Assembly (NCBI GenBank): GCA_907165135.1
Contig: OU015568.1
Coordinates: forward strand, 1,922,001 to 1,986,000
DNA length: 64,000 bases
Direction: 5' to 3'
DNA from: Oikopleura dioica
Taxonomy: Eukaryota > Animalia > Chordata
Part shown: positions 24,059-36,600 of the stretch, piece after piece
How the letters are laid out: the number at the start of each line of letters is the position of its first letter
How positions within the stretch are numbered: the stretch's first letter is position 1
The notes under the pieces: generated by a model
Databases searched by the model: none
The model's input: only the letters and a program-made list of their open reading frames with translations
Told to the model about the DNA's origin: nothing
Program-made: the position numbers and the translations under genes

Positions 24059-27000
24059 TCGCTTTGAGGATTTTTTTAAATGGGCTGAGAATGTCTGGTT
24101 TTACAGACAAATCACCATCACAATTTAATGGAGGACTTCGAAATACCGTTCTTATCGAGAAGAATCTCTCGTGAATTCATTTTTGGCGTAGATTCGAACT
24201 CATAACAGTCGCCCTTTTTGTCCAATTCTCTTCCCAGTTGTTTAATTTCGCTTCTTGTCGAACGTCATGAAACCAATAAAATGCGCTATTTGGCCGTGTG
24301 CTACTGTTACTGTGCGTTAGTGACGTCCTTGCTTGAGAAAAAAAAAAGTCGTGACAAAAGCTTGTTTGTCGTATGTATATGTTACCGGATATTTACTTTA
24401 TTACTTTTTTAGTGACGTCCTTTTCAATCTCTTTTTTGGTCTGCGATTTATGCCGCTTTAAAAATCGTGCTGAAGAAACTTGCGTTTTTCGTTTTGGAAA
24501 CCGAAAAATAGTAACCGCAGAAAGTCCAATTCGAAATAGAGGTCAAGGATTTTCGACAGAGTGTTGAACTATTGAATATTTCGAAATTAAGTGCCCACAG
24601 GCGTGTTCTCGAAATAATTTCCGGAAAAATTGACTCCTGGATAAACATCAAAATTGCATAAGATTTATGAACGCTAGGAATAAGAAATCAAGGCTGGGGC
24701 TTTTGGAAACTAAGTTCAAAGAGGTCCTTCCAATTGTCACATGATCCAATGAAATCGATGATGGATGGGACAAAAAGAATAAATTCACTGAAAACAACAT
24801 GTCAAAAAGTTCAAAGTAAAGGCCCATTATCATGATTTTTGAGGGTTAAACAAATCTATGGAAGTGATTTTATGGATCAGGGTTTTGATTGGCCGGTAGG
24901 TCAAATGCAGCAATCTTATTTGCAATCCAAAATGCACTACAATTAATTTGTTACGTCGATTTTCGATGGCCTATTACTTAAATTTATTGTGAAAATTATG
25001 CAATAAGAAAAATCAACCTTCAGATTTCGAAAGTATCATCACTTTAATTTGCTTCCTTCCGTTGACCTTTTTAAAAGTTCAACTACAGTCGATCGTTTAC
25101 TTGCGAGTGCTTAGTACCAAATCAGTAAGGTCGCCTCTCCCTCTCCTTTTTACTTTTTCAAAGTACTAAAAAGCAGCTGCTGAACACTGGATCAGCTTCA
25201 TAAATCAAGGTTGTAAGCTATTTTTAACACATGATAGGCCGTTGCCCTTTGATCTTCCCCGCCGCAGCTTGCTTTTTCTTCTTTTTTTTTTTCTTGACGA
25301 TTCTCCTGATCGAATCATTTTCAAATGCGAAATTTGTGATAAGAAACGAACATTTACGCATTCGTCAGATTCTTCTTTGAGTTGCAGAATGTTTGTATAA
25401 ATCTTTCAAAAAACGTGCCAAAATGTATTCAAATCCGAGATTTTGCGTGAGACTGTAGTAGACAGTCTGATTCTCCTGCTGCACGTGGCCCCTTCAGCAG
25501 CTTCCTTTCACGTGTTAAAGAATGAGTCTATCAAGTCGACCGAGCAAATAATCGTCAAAAAATCCGGGAAAGCGTAAACCAGACCACGAGATGGATATAA
25601 TAAGGTGATAGTAAACCGAGAAGAATTTTTAGCACGACGTCAATTTTAAAATGCAAATCTCAAATATATGAAGAAAGAAAGTTCAGAATAATATTCTTCT
25701 GGAATTTCAGTGCTCAGCCTCTTTTGTCAAAAGGATTATCAGACTGGCCAAAGATAGAATAAAGCTGTTCAGACGTGTAGCTATTCCGGAAGTTGCCACG
25801 TACTCACTGTACATTTGACTGTTGAAGTGACTTAACAGCTTTTTGAAACAATTTTACTTGGTTATCAAATAATCGGATTGAAACAAGCAAAACAAAGAAA
25901 AGATTATTTGATAGGACAAAAAATTTTTTGAGCATTTTGATTGGTTGCAAATTGAAAATTGGATTTTGATTGTATTGGTCAAATATAAAATATTGTTTTA
26001 GGAAAATTTCTTAATATTTCTTTTCCAGAGAAAATTGTTTCAGGAGCAAACTTAAATCCTCGGCGGAAAACCCCTTTGAAGTAACTGTAACGTGCACAGT
26101 GTTACTTCTGCTCCCACGTTCACACACGAGCACTGGAGGGAGGTCTCTGCAACAGACACTGTAGCTCGCTCTAAAACTCGACTCTTTGCAACAGTAATAA
26201 TCAGCTGGGTTGGATTTCCTCAAGCGCTATTTTCGTCTTCTGCTAATTTACTGAGCATTTTTCAATTGACGCAATGCTTTGAACTCAACAAATTCGTCTT
26301 TGAATCCGAATTATTGGTCCTCAAGCGCTTATGGGTTAAAATTTCCGATAAGGAACTCAACAATTTTCCTTTTTTGAAGGAGTACGAAGATTTTAAAAGT
26401 GTAAACTTAAGGGAACCCCCTGGCTTTAATTGAATTTATTATCCGTCTGAATTAGTCTGATGGGAATAAATACGCTGAGAAGCCCTTAAGATCCGTGCAC
26501 TCCAGAAGCACATCTGCGTTTTCACCAAACAAAAACTCGAGCGCCGGCAGCAATCTTTTTTCTCACCAAATCAAAATTTAGGGCGAATTCATAAAACCTT
26601 CATCAAATTGTCAATTGAATTGATCCATCATTATTTCTGAAATAGACAAAATCTCGACTCTGTCTCGAGTAATTCAAAACAACCCTTCTACTCAAATAGC
26701 CTCTCTTCTTCCCATAAAGATCAAAAAGAAGCAAAAGCCATTTCCCCGTGCTGGATTAAAAAACTTCCTAAAGCTGTAAACTGACCGACTCGAGTTGGTG
26801 ATAGTCTAAGGAACAGCATAATCAGCAGTGGCATTAAGCACTGCCACCAGAAATAGAAAGCTGTCAATACTTGAAAGTTTTTTTTTTTATTTTGAAAAAG
26901 GTTGTTTTGCTGTAAGGAATTTCGAAGCTAATAGGGTTGAAATCTGATATTTTTTCATAAATTTTTTCGCCTTGAAATTCTTGCGAGCTTCTTTTGGAAG

Positions 27001-27624
27001 GGACTGGAAGAAAACTTGATTGTCTGATGAAAAATCTGCAACAACAACTTCAAAGCGTAATCTTATCTGCATCCAAAAGTCGGCCTTGACCAGGAGCACG
27101 TCCAGCATGCATGGATCTGTTGATCTGTTGATTGTTCTGTCTTGGGCGAGGAGCGCCCTCGCCCTCGTCAATCTTGGCCGCGTTTGAGCGCCGTCTCTAC
27201 CACCTTAACACAAACTTAGGTCGCGCCCGCGCCCACCTCTGTTCAGGCGCGCCGCTCCCGTTCACCCTGCTAACATCGTCAATACTCTCTTTGGATCTCC
27301 TTAAAAATAACAAAAAGAAAATTCAAAATTTCTTGTGCCATTTTTTTGAAAAAGAGATCCTCGACGAAAATTTCAAGAAAACTCGAAAAAACGTTGTTTA
27401 AAAAGAGATTTTTAAAAAAGAAGAAATCGAGGGGATACCCTTAAGAAGATAAAAAAGAGATAAAAGAAGAAGAATTCGGAGAAGAAAAAAGGGTTGAGCG
27501 CGATAGAAGAAAAAGCGCTGAGCTAACCTGGCCAGAAGGGAAATTAGGCTTTGTTGACCGAGTTTGTGTCAGTAAGTTCCAAGTGTGAGTGGAACTTATC
27601 AGAGATCATCCCAGAAGACAGAAA

Positions 27625-30600
27625 ATGATGATACAGATATTCGTCCTACTGCTATTTCAATCTGTAAGTACTCAAATGATTGAAGAATTTCGTATTCGAA
27701 AATTCTTTTTCTGATTAAAAAATAAGGGAAAAGTTAATCATTCCGAGTAAGAAATACCAATTGAGATTAAGGGTGTATCAAGCAGTTTAATTTTCTTCAG
27801 GATATCCGTCCATTAAGTCAAAAAATCTGATTGAAAGAAAAATTTTATGATTTTTTGTCAGAATTTAAAATTATTTCATTCAAAAAATGGGTTGAAAAAG
27901 AAGCCGAATTCAGAATTTTTAGGGGGTGGAAATTTTCAAGCTGGGCCGATTTTACTTCCCATTATTTGAACTTCTTTAGTATTTTTATGTGCGTAATGAG
28001 TTAGTTGACACAGCAGGATTTGCACGCCCGGCAGAAATGAGAAAGTGAGAGTCTGGTCTTGACTTTTCACAAAAAAAAATCACGTAAATCAGCGAGTTTT
28101 TTCAATTTACACAAAAAGACGCGTTGAGGTTCATCTTCAGTTTTTTAGCGTTTATACTTCTTAGTGTTTATTACCGAGCTTTTATTGAGGCCGGCTGAGG
28201 TCCAGATTTTCAAGGGCAAGACAAAAGGGGGCAACTTGTGGCGGTTGATTTAAGGTGCTCCAGCGTGATAATTATTACATAGGAAGGTGAACATAGAATA
28301 TATTTATGAGAAAGTTTCTTTTTTTACGAAACGTGAATAAAATTTCAAAAATTATTTCGTAAATAATATTCGGCCGGCTTAAGGATGTACCTGCTTATTC
28401 GAAAATTATGACGTTGATCACCTTAACGTCCACTGCGAGTCGTTTCAGGTGTTGCATCATCTGTCAGACATTCGCGCGACATTTGATGACATCTCTTGGA
28501 CAGCTTCTACTATTCTTCCCAATATCTAACTATCGCCTTTAAATTTAAGCATGAATGCCGTCTGACAGTAGAATCGACTTTTCTTTTTGGAAAAATTTAT
28601 TACAGCGGAAATTGCGGGCATAAAATTTCAATGATCTTGACCTACATTTTCTTATCCAGATTTCCACGTGACAGCCAAGCCAAACTGTAAATATGTACTG
28701 TACTCTCTGTAGCAACAAGAAGGGGACGGTCAGTGTCGAATGGGAACAAAATCTGAAAAGGCTCATTTCCGGGGGTTTATTTTTCGATCAAGTTTATGAT
28801 ATTTGAATTTCCTGCTATTAAATTATCGATTTTCACATGTTCCGATTGGCCCTGACCCACCCTTTAGATGATGAGAATTCTAGCTGATTTATGAGCCGAG
28901 TTCTTGAAAGAAAAATTAACCCATCAAGTAAAGCTCAGGCAAAAAATGCCCAAAATGCACAAAAGTGTTTTATCCGCGTTCGAGAGTTAAAATTGCAAAA
29001 GTCAAGGACCTCATTTCAACTCGAGCCCTAATTGTACCTTCTGACGAAAATTTTTACGCAAGCGATAAAAGCTTCTTATCAATTTTTTGAGGTTTTCGCC
29101 TAAAATTTTTATAATTTCGACACTTTGAACAAGTAGAAGCAGGCTTAAATTTTCAAGCTGTTTATTGGGAAATAAACTGTATGTAACACTTATTGCAGTA
29201 CAGTTCTAGAGATCGTAGATAAGCATAAGATAGGATTGCACATCTGAAAGCACTTGATGAAAATGCGCCCGGAGCCGGAAATTGGGGCCCTTGACTTGAG
29301 TCCTATATTTTACATAAAAAACGGTAGAAAATTAAATAGGTGGTTTGGGCGTCACGTGACAAATCGAGCCCTGATTTCGGGCAAAATTTCTTGATTCTGA
29401 AAATCTGAAATTCTGCTGAGCGCAGCGAAAATGAAATAAAGAGCGCTATAAAAGGAGAAAAGTACAAAAGCCAAAAAAGGCGACTCGAGAAGGTAGATAA
29501 ACTCAGAAAGCTGCTGAAAAGGACATCAAGTTTATTCAAACATGACAATGGGCCCACCAAGCAGCAGCTTGTGTAAACTCTTTAGAGCGCGCTTCAAATG
29601 AAGAAAAAAATGAAATTATGACGAAAAGTCTATATTCTCTTTTTCGAATCTTCAAATCGAGAAGCCGCGCGCGGCTTCGAGCAAAAGAAGATTTCAGCCG
29701 CACGAAGCGCGGCTTTCTTATTCCCTTTCTATAAGCCGCAGGTGGCTCCTTGATTTTTATCTCTTAAAACTAGATATAAAATAGCCGCAAGCGGCTTTTT
29801 TCTAAAGAAAATCATATTGGTAAAACAGCAGATGCTGCTCTTTTATCAGCGGAAATATGGACCACAAGGTCGTCCGGAATTTCGAACACGATCTTGTGCT
29901 TTGTTTCGAATTGCTGTTTAGGAAATACCTCGCTGAAAGAATGCGTTCTTATTTTGCTCCTTCGAGTAACCCGATTTTGCTTCCAAAATCCCATTTTTCT
30001 CCAGTAGATGTATTCTATTTTGATTTTGATTCTTTTGTTATCAATTATTTTCGAATCTTATGATACCATAAACGCATAAAATGCCAAAAGTGAGAATTGA
30101 AAAGACAGAAGCTGAAGTTTTTATTGTTTTCAGCGGATGCGAATAACTTTCACACCAAAAATATGAACAAGTCACTAATCTGAATATATTCTCAATTTCG
30201 TAAAGTAAATAATATATTTCATCATAATAAGAGAGTCCCAGGCGGATGAGTTGCTGTCGCTCAAGATCACACGTATCAGCGCGGAAATCGTCAGTTCAAT
30301 CACTCATTTTGATAAGACTCTAGTCTCGCTGTCTGGCATACTAATACAACTTCTGTTTTTATGAACCCGACTTGATCCCAAATTCACTTTACGCCGATTT
30401 TTCTCAATACCGAAATTGAAAAACTCAAAAGCCGCAAGTCGAATTTACCATATTTGATAGAATCAAGAGTCGACAACCTGTGTTGAAAACCTGAGTCAGG
30501 ATTTGAAAGATCCTTAATTAAAAGCCGCGCCGCGGCTTTCACCTAAACGAAGCCGCATAGCGGCTTCACGAAAATAACCATTAAAATCCATTTTGAGTAC

Positions 30601-33600
30601 TTTCAATTCCTGACTCAGGCTTTCAACACAGGTTGCTGACCCAAAGAAAGATTCACTGTAGTAACTGAAGCTGCTAATGACTGCGCAGTTAACCGACGAG
30701 AAAGTTCACCAATAACCGCAGGCAAAAACTAAACACAGAAGAGGAGGCCAAGTTCGCTTTTACCCTAATTACCAGCGACTTTAGCGTTTCTTTTTCTTTT
30801 GAGATCGTTTTCCGAAAAGAAAATGACGCTTGAATAAGTTTTGCCGAACAACACTTGACATTGAATGGGAAGTGTCCTCAATCTTGCGAGCTCCTCTCAC
30901 CACATTCTTACCCTTTATCCCCGTAGCTTAGCGCAAACCCTCTTCGACTTCAAGCCCGTGCGCAGAATATACACTCTTCAATATATCAATATTCTGCTGA
31001 TTCGGGCGAAATTCAGGGCTTGAATATATCATTTTTAATGAAAAACAACCTTGTTTTTTTGCCCTTATTCCAAAACAAGGACATCAGCGTTCTGATTCTG
31101 GACATAATCAGTGTCTAATCATTCCCGTCTTTGATCTCCTGTCTTTTCCCTACTCACAAATAACACCTCAGGTGTAAGTGTCACACTGGCTCAATCTTCG
31201 TTTTCACGAGGCATAATTATGACTTGCGATTATTGATTTAATCGTTAACTACCTCGCTAAAGCCAAAGCTGCTCCATCCAAAAATGCGCTAGAATTAATA
31301 TTCAACTTTGAACTTTTCCTTTTGCTCTTTCAAATTTTTATATAAAAACTTTGTTGAACTTTTGCCCTTTGTCAGGTGGGCTTATCCTTGGCGTCTTCAT
31401 TAATTATAAAACGGGGAAAGAGATAAACTCGGATTCGCAATTCAAGCTTGGAGTTTAGCTTTTTGTCCAAGAGGTTCCGTGACGTAGTCGAGTGTTTAGA
31501 TGTACGTTCAGGGATTTTGGGCGAGGAGAAAAGCTGGCTTGTTTGCCATGCGAAATTATCATAACTTTGAATTCTGGGGAAAAATTAAGAATGCCCCATT
31601 TCAAATAAACTAGGCTCGGCAACCTGTGGAGAAAACCTGAGTCAGGGTCCTAGAAGAGCTTAGATAATAGCCGCGTAGCTCTTCCAGGACCCTAAGTCAG
31701 GTTTTCTGCACAAGTTTTCTCAAACTCGAGGAGCATCAATTTCGCCCATTCTGAGCAGTACCAAGCAATAAGTTCAAGCTCAGAGGTACTTAACGAGCAC
31801 ACAATCTCTCTCAGAGCTCCGCCTCATAAATCTTGATAGTTTCGTTCTTTTATGTCGATTCGTGGCATTTTCCAGCCAGCGGAAAAAAGGACTCCTTTTG
31901 CTGATTATAAATACTTGTCCATTTTGGTGACGCACGTGCTCTTTGAACTTTTCTCAAGAAGCAGTGAAAGTTGAAAACTTGAAGGCATGATTATAGGAAG
32001 AATTGACAGATATACAAATAAGCTTTCCTTAAAAAAGATGGACAGAACACTTTGACGCCCTTATTTATAAATTTAACCGATAGGAAAAAGCGAAGTAAAT
32101 GTATTTTTTAGGTGATATCAATATCAGAGCGGCATTTACGCGAAAAAATCGACGGTGAATACAGAATAATCCACGATTACTACGCTGAAGTCGACTCGAA
32201 ACGCAAAAGAAGGTCGTCATTGCTGGTTAATCAGGAACGAGGATGGAAAAAAATTATCGGAGCTACCGTATCTCCGGTCTTGTTTATTCGAATGTGGAGA
32301 ATCTATGATAGGCTCAGACAAAGATTCAAGTTTAATTTTTGTTTGTGGAAAATGAGTTTGAAGAAAGTTAGATGAGTGTTCACTTTTTCTCGCCGGAATC
32401 GCGGCTTGATCGACAAGTGGTTAATGGGACTAGAGGGGTACCACCCGTCAGAGCTTCTCCGGTAGATACTCACGTAGCAGCAACTAGGGCTTCCTTCACT
32501 AGAAATCTTTTTTTCATTCCGAAACAGACGATTTCAGACGATGACGAATTCGAGCACTACTTCACCTTTAAAACGGCCGATTCAAACGACCTTCGCTTCG
32601 CAGTGACTTTGGACTCTGGTAGCGACTCCGGATGCAAGTTCTATTCCGGCCGAGTGGTCGGACAGGACGACAGCGAGGCGACTTTGAGTGATTGTTTTGG
32701 GTTCGGACTTGTCCACAACGCAGAAGCGTTGATAAAAACAAATCTAAATAGAAACGATGAGTTCAAGCCCAGGCACGTCAGAATCGCAGTCGTTTTGCTG
32801 ACTCATTAGTTTATTTCTTCTAATTTTGTTTTTTCTTCAACTTATTTCGAACCCATTTCTCAGCGGTCTGTGGTCAGGCATGATCCACATGGACGACGAG
32901 CTCTGGATCCTGGACCATTTGGAAGACTCCAGCCAGAGACGAGCTCACGTCATCTATCGACTGGACGACGATGTGAACTCGGTCTTGTGTAAGTCGTGGA
33001 AATGCCTTCGGATTAATTCTCGGCAAATCATAATTTTCAGGCAGCGCGCGACTATAAATTTTACTTTATGTGCGGAGATAAACCGTGACATTAGCTTCCC
33101 CCGCATTTTGGGGCGGTGAGTAATTTTTTGGTACTTATCACATGTCTCTTGAACCGATTCTTTTCTCGCAAAGAATGAAGGAAAAACGAAATAGCCGCTT
33201 TTTTATTTTTCCATAAAAATATTTTCAGCAACGAAAAACTCAAATTCCCTCGTTAGAGATACCTTCGATTTCCTCCCTCCATCATCTCGTCGCTCGCGTT
33301 CTCGTCGAGCTGCTGCTGCATTTCGCTCGAGCTTGCCGACCCGCAGCAACATGAAGAAGCCAGCCTTGAACGTCACTATCGAGGTCACCGTTGGCGATGA
33401 CCTGGTGCAGCACTATCAGGAGATTGTGAACAAGAAGCAGACGAACGATGCTGCCGGGCGGGAATACTCGCTCGAAAAATACATCGACGCTTTGATGAAA
33501 TACACCAACGATATCTACAAGCACAGCTCGTTGACTTCTCGATTCCACTTTCACCGAGTCGGCAAAGTGCAAAAACTGGAAAAGCGAGAGACCGATAGCA

Positions 33601-36600
33601 TCATGTCTTACAATGGCGCGCAGGAAACGCTGATGGAGTTCTGCAGCCACTCGGGGAGAAATGGTTTTACGCCTTTCTGGGAACCCGGAAAGAAAAACGG
33701 AGATGGAGAAACGAAGCACGCTAGCATCCTTCTAACCAGGAGGCCTTTTGGTCCAGCGGGTATGTATCCCCTTTAGAATTCACAGTAGATTTAACAGTAG
33801 AAAAGAACGACTAACTTTCTTAAAAAGATCAGCCGAGCGATAGGTCCCAATATCGCCTGGTAGATCCTTAATTCTGGAGATCAAATAAAAAGATTACTCA
33901 CACCAACTAAAATAACTGTAACTTACCGTAGGTTCCACACAACATGAAATCAAAGGTAGCACATTTGAAACATATTTTACGCATTTGCCGGGTTGAACAA
34001 AAATTAACTCAAAAAAGCGTATTTTTCGTTGTAAAACTCGTTTCATTCAAATAAATTTTGCATGTTTGAAAATTTCGAATAATTTTCAAAAAGAAAAATT
34101 TTCGACCATAACTTTTTTCATCACGTGATTTAACTAAACCTGTGAGATGCAGAGAAAACCTAAGCTTTTGAGGATGATCTGGACAAAAAGATAAAAGACA
34201 ATTCATACCGTATTCAGGCACCGATTGTAAAGGTACCTGAGCCCCTTTATTTTCGATGGGAAATTTTCTCGCTAGAAAAACTCATCGAAATTATGGTGAT
34301 TTGTATCTGTCCGGTGTTCCTCGCAAAATCAACCCTTTTCTTCATTATTTGATCTTAGGAATGGCGACAATCGACAAGATCTGCTCCCCCAATCCGTACT
34401 CAAAGACCGAGTGTCCAGGCGCCATCGTCATCGAAGAAGGAGTCGCGACCGCTTTCGTCATCGCTCACGAGCTCGGGCATCTTCTTGGCATTCGAACTCA
34501 CGATGGTGATCCAGGCAACGCTTGCGCCGATGCCATTGCGGAGAATTCCATGATGGCTGCGCAGGTCAATTCGAAATTTGGAAGCTTCACTTGGTCGATT
34601 TGCTCAAATCGAGAATTGGGAGAAAGCTACGTAAAGAAAGGCAGCCAATGCTTGGAAAAAGCCAATGAAATTCAACATCGTCCCGGATTCCGATCCAATC
34701 GCATGCAGAATCAAGTCAGAAGCACGGTACCAATCGTTGACTTGACTATCTTCACTGCTGATCAACAATGTCAACAGACATTTGGAGCGGAGTGGACGAG
34801 ATGTCCAGAGGGACAGTACCCAAGTGAGAGCAAATTTTGCCAGAACTTGTGGTGCAAGACTCCTCAGAATCCAGCTCTTTGCCGAACCAAGGTAAAAATA
34901 AGTTTTCTTCTATTCATTTTTTATATTTTTTCCAAGGATGCTCCAGCCGAATCAACCCCCTGTCCACTTGGAAACGGCCAAGAAGGAAAATGCTTCTCTG
35001 GCACTTGCATCGGCCACGATATTGGTTCTTACCAGCGACCGGGTTACTTCTCCAACTGGTCAACATGGTCCACTTGCAACGTCGAGTGCGGAACTGGTAC
35101 GCGGCTGCGAACGAGAAGCTGTAGCACTGGAAATTCTTTCGAATGCGAAGGGGATGATACCGACTTCATGGTTTGCAACACTCATGAGTGCGTGGAGCCA
35201 GTCGACAAAAGAATTGATGCCTGTTATAAGAAGACAGGCAATTCTAACATGATTCCCTTTGTTCCGAACCATAATGATAATCCGTAAGTTTTTTGAACTC
35301 AAAAAAGTTCACCAGAGCTTTTAACCGTGACCCGGAAACCGCAGCCAATTATGATCAAAAGAAACTAATTTCAAATTTAAGCTGCCACTTGAGCTGCAAA
35401 ATCTACGGCTCTGAGCCGGAGATTATTTGGCCCAAAAGACCTGTACGAGAAGAGGACCAGTGGGTCCCTGATGGAACATTTTGCGATTACCGAGTCCCAC
35501 ATGGCGGCATCTGTGTCCAAGGAAAGTGTCAACAAGTGGATTGCGAGGGACGCAGAGGCGGAAGAAAACAAGTTGACGAATGCGGAGTTTGTGGTGGCGA
35601 TGGATCTCAGTGCCAAGAGCAGCGAGGGGCAGAAACTGTCAAGGGAAAGAGCAAGTAAGTTACCTTTGAACGAACTCTAGAATTATTCACACATCATAAT
35701 TAACCCAGACGAGGAAGATGAGTCAGCACGTGAACACCTTTTTCCACGGGCTTCTTTTTTGTCTTGCGGTCTGATTTTTGATAATCAAAGTAAGCCGGGA
35801 TGATAAGAAAAATCAAGAACAAGGCGATACCCGTGGGACATGAGTGATAAGAATGTACTCTGAGTCGAAAAACTAGGTCAAGTGGTCTTTTGCTTATGCA
35901 CTTGGGGCATCAGATTGGGCTAACTGGTGACTCAGCCTGTGAAATTTATAGTTCTCCTCGTTGATGTCAATTTTCCACAAGAATAAACCTCCCGTAGCGG
36001 CCTCTTATTACCCCCGGACGCGTCAAAATTAGCTTTTTCATTCCCTCCTTGTTAACTTTTTTTTCTTGTTCTTAATAACCTTGGTCCATCTTTTTACTGA
36101 GGAAGGGGGACAAATTGTGTCGTGACAAGGAAATAGCTAAAGCAGCGGATAAACTTTCTCAGTTTACAACTGCTTTCGTAAGAAGACCTTTGCTGACGGA
36201 TAATTATTAGTGCTTAAAAATTGTAACGCGTATGAGTTACGAGCGGCTTTGATCTCTGCGCAGGGGTCTCGTCTCACGTGCACCTGTCGATAGAATTTGT
36301 CAATCAAGCCCATCCGACTTTTAATGGGCAATAATTCTGCCGCCACATAAAAGAAGAAAAAATTATCAAAATATTTTTAGAAAATCAACGAAACGAGCTG
36401 CGCTGACAATTCCAGCTAATGCATATGGAATTGTTTTGAGCATCAAAGCAAGAACGCGATACTACAAGATCTGTAAGTGCCTTCTTTCGATTCCAACACT
36501 TCAACCGTAATTTTAAGTTTTCACCGACAAGCAGTCAAACAAAGAATACCAAATGTGGCCTCTTGAAGAACAGTCCCGCCGAAAACGCCGCGTAGAATTT

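Noticed and set aside
26011-26433. Cystine-knot-like fragments (SLQCSCV; YYCC...VCC) on the minus strand and a 113-aa plus ORF
   Set aside because: No coherent splice chain or signal peptide; kept only as part of the unresolved interval.
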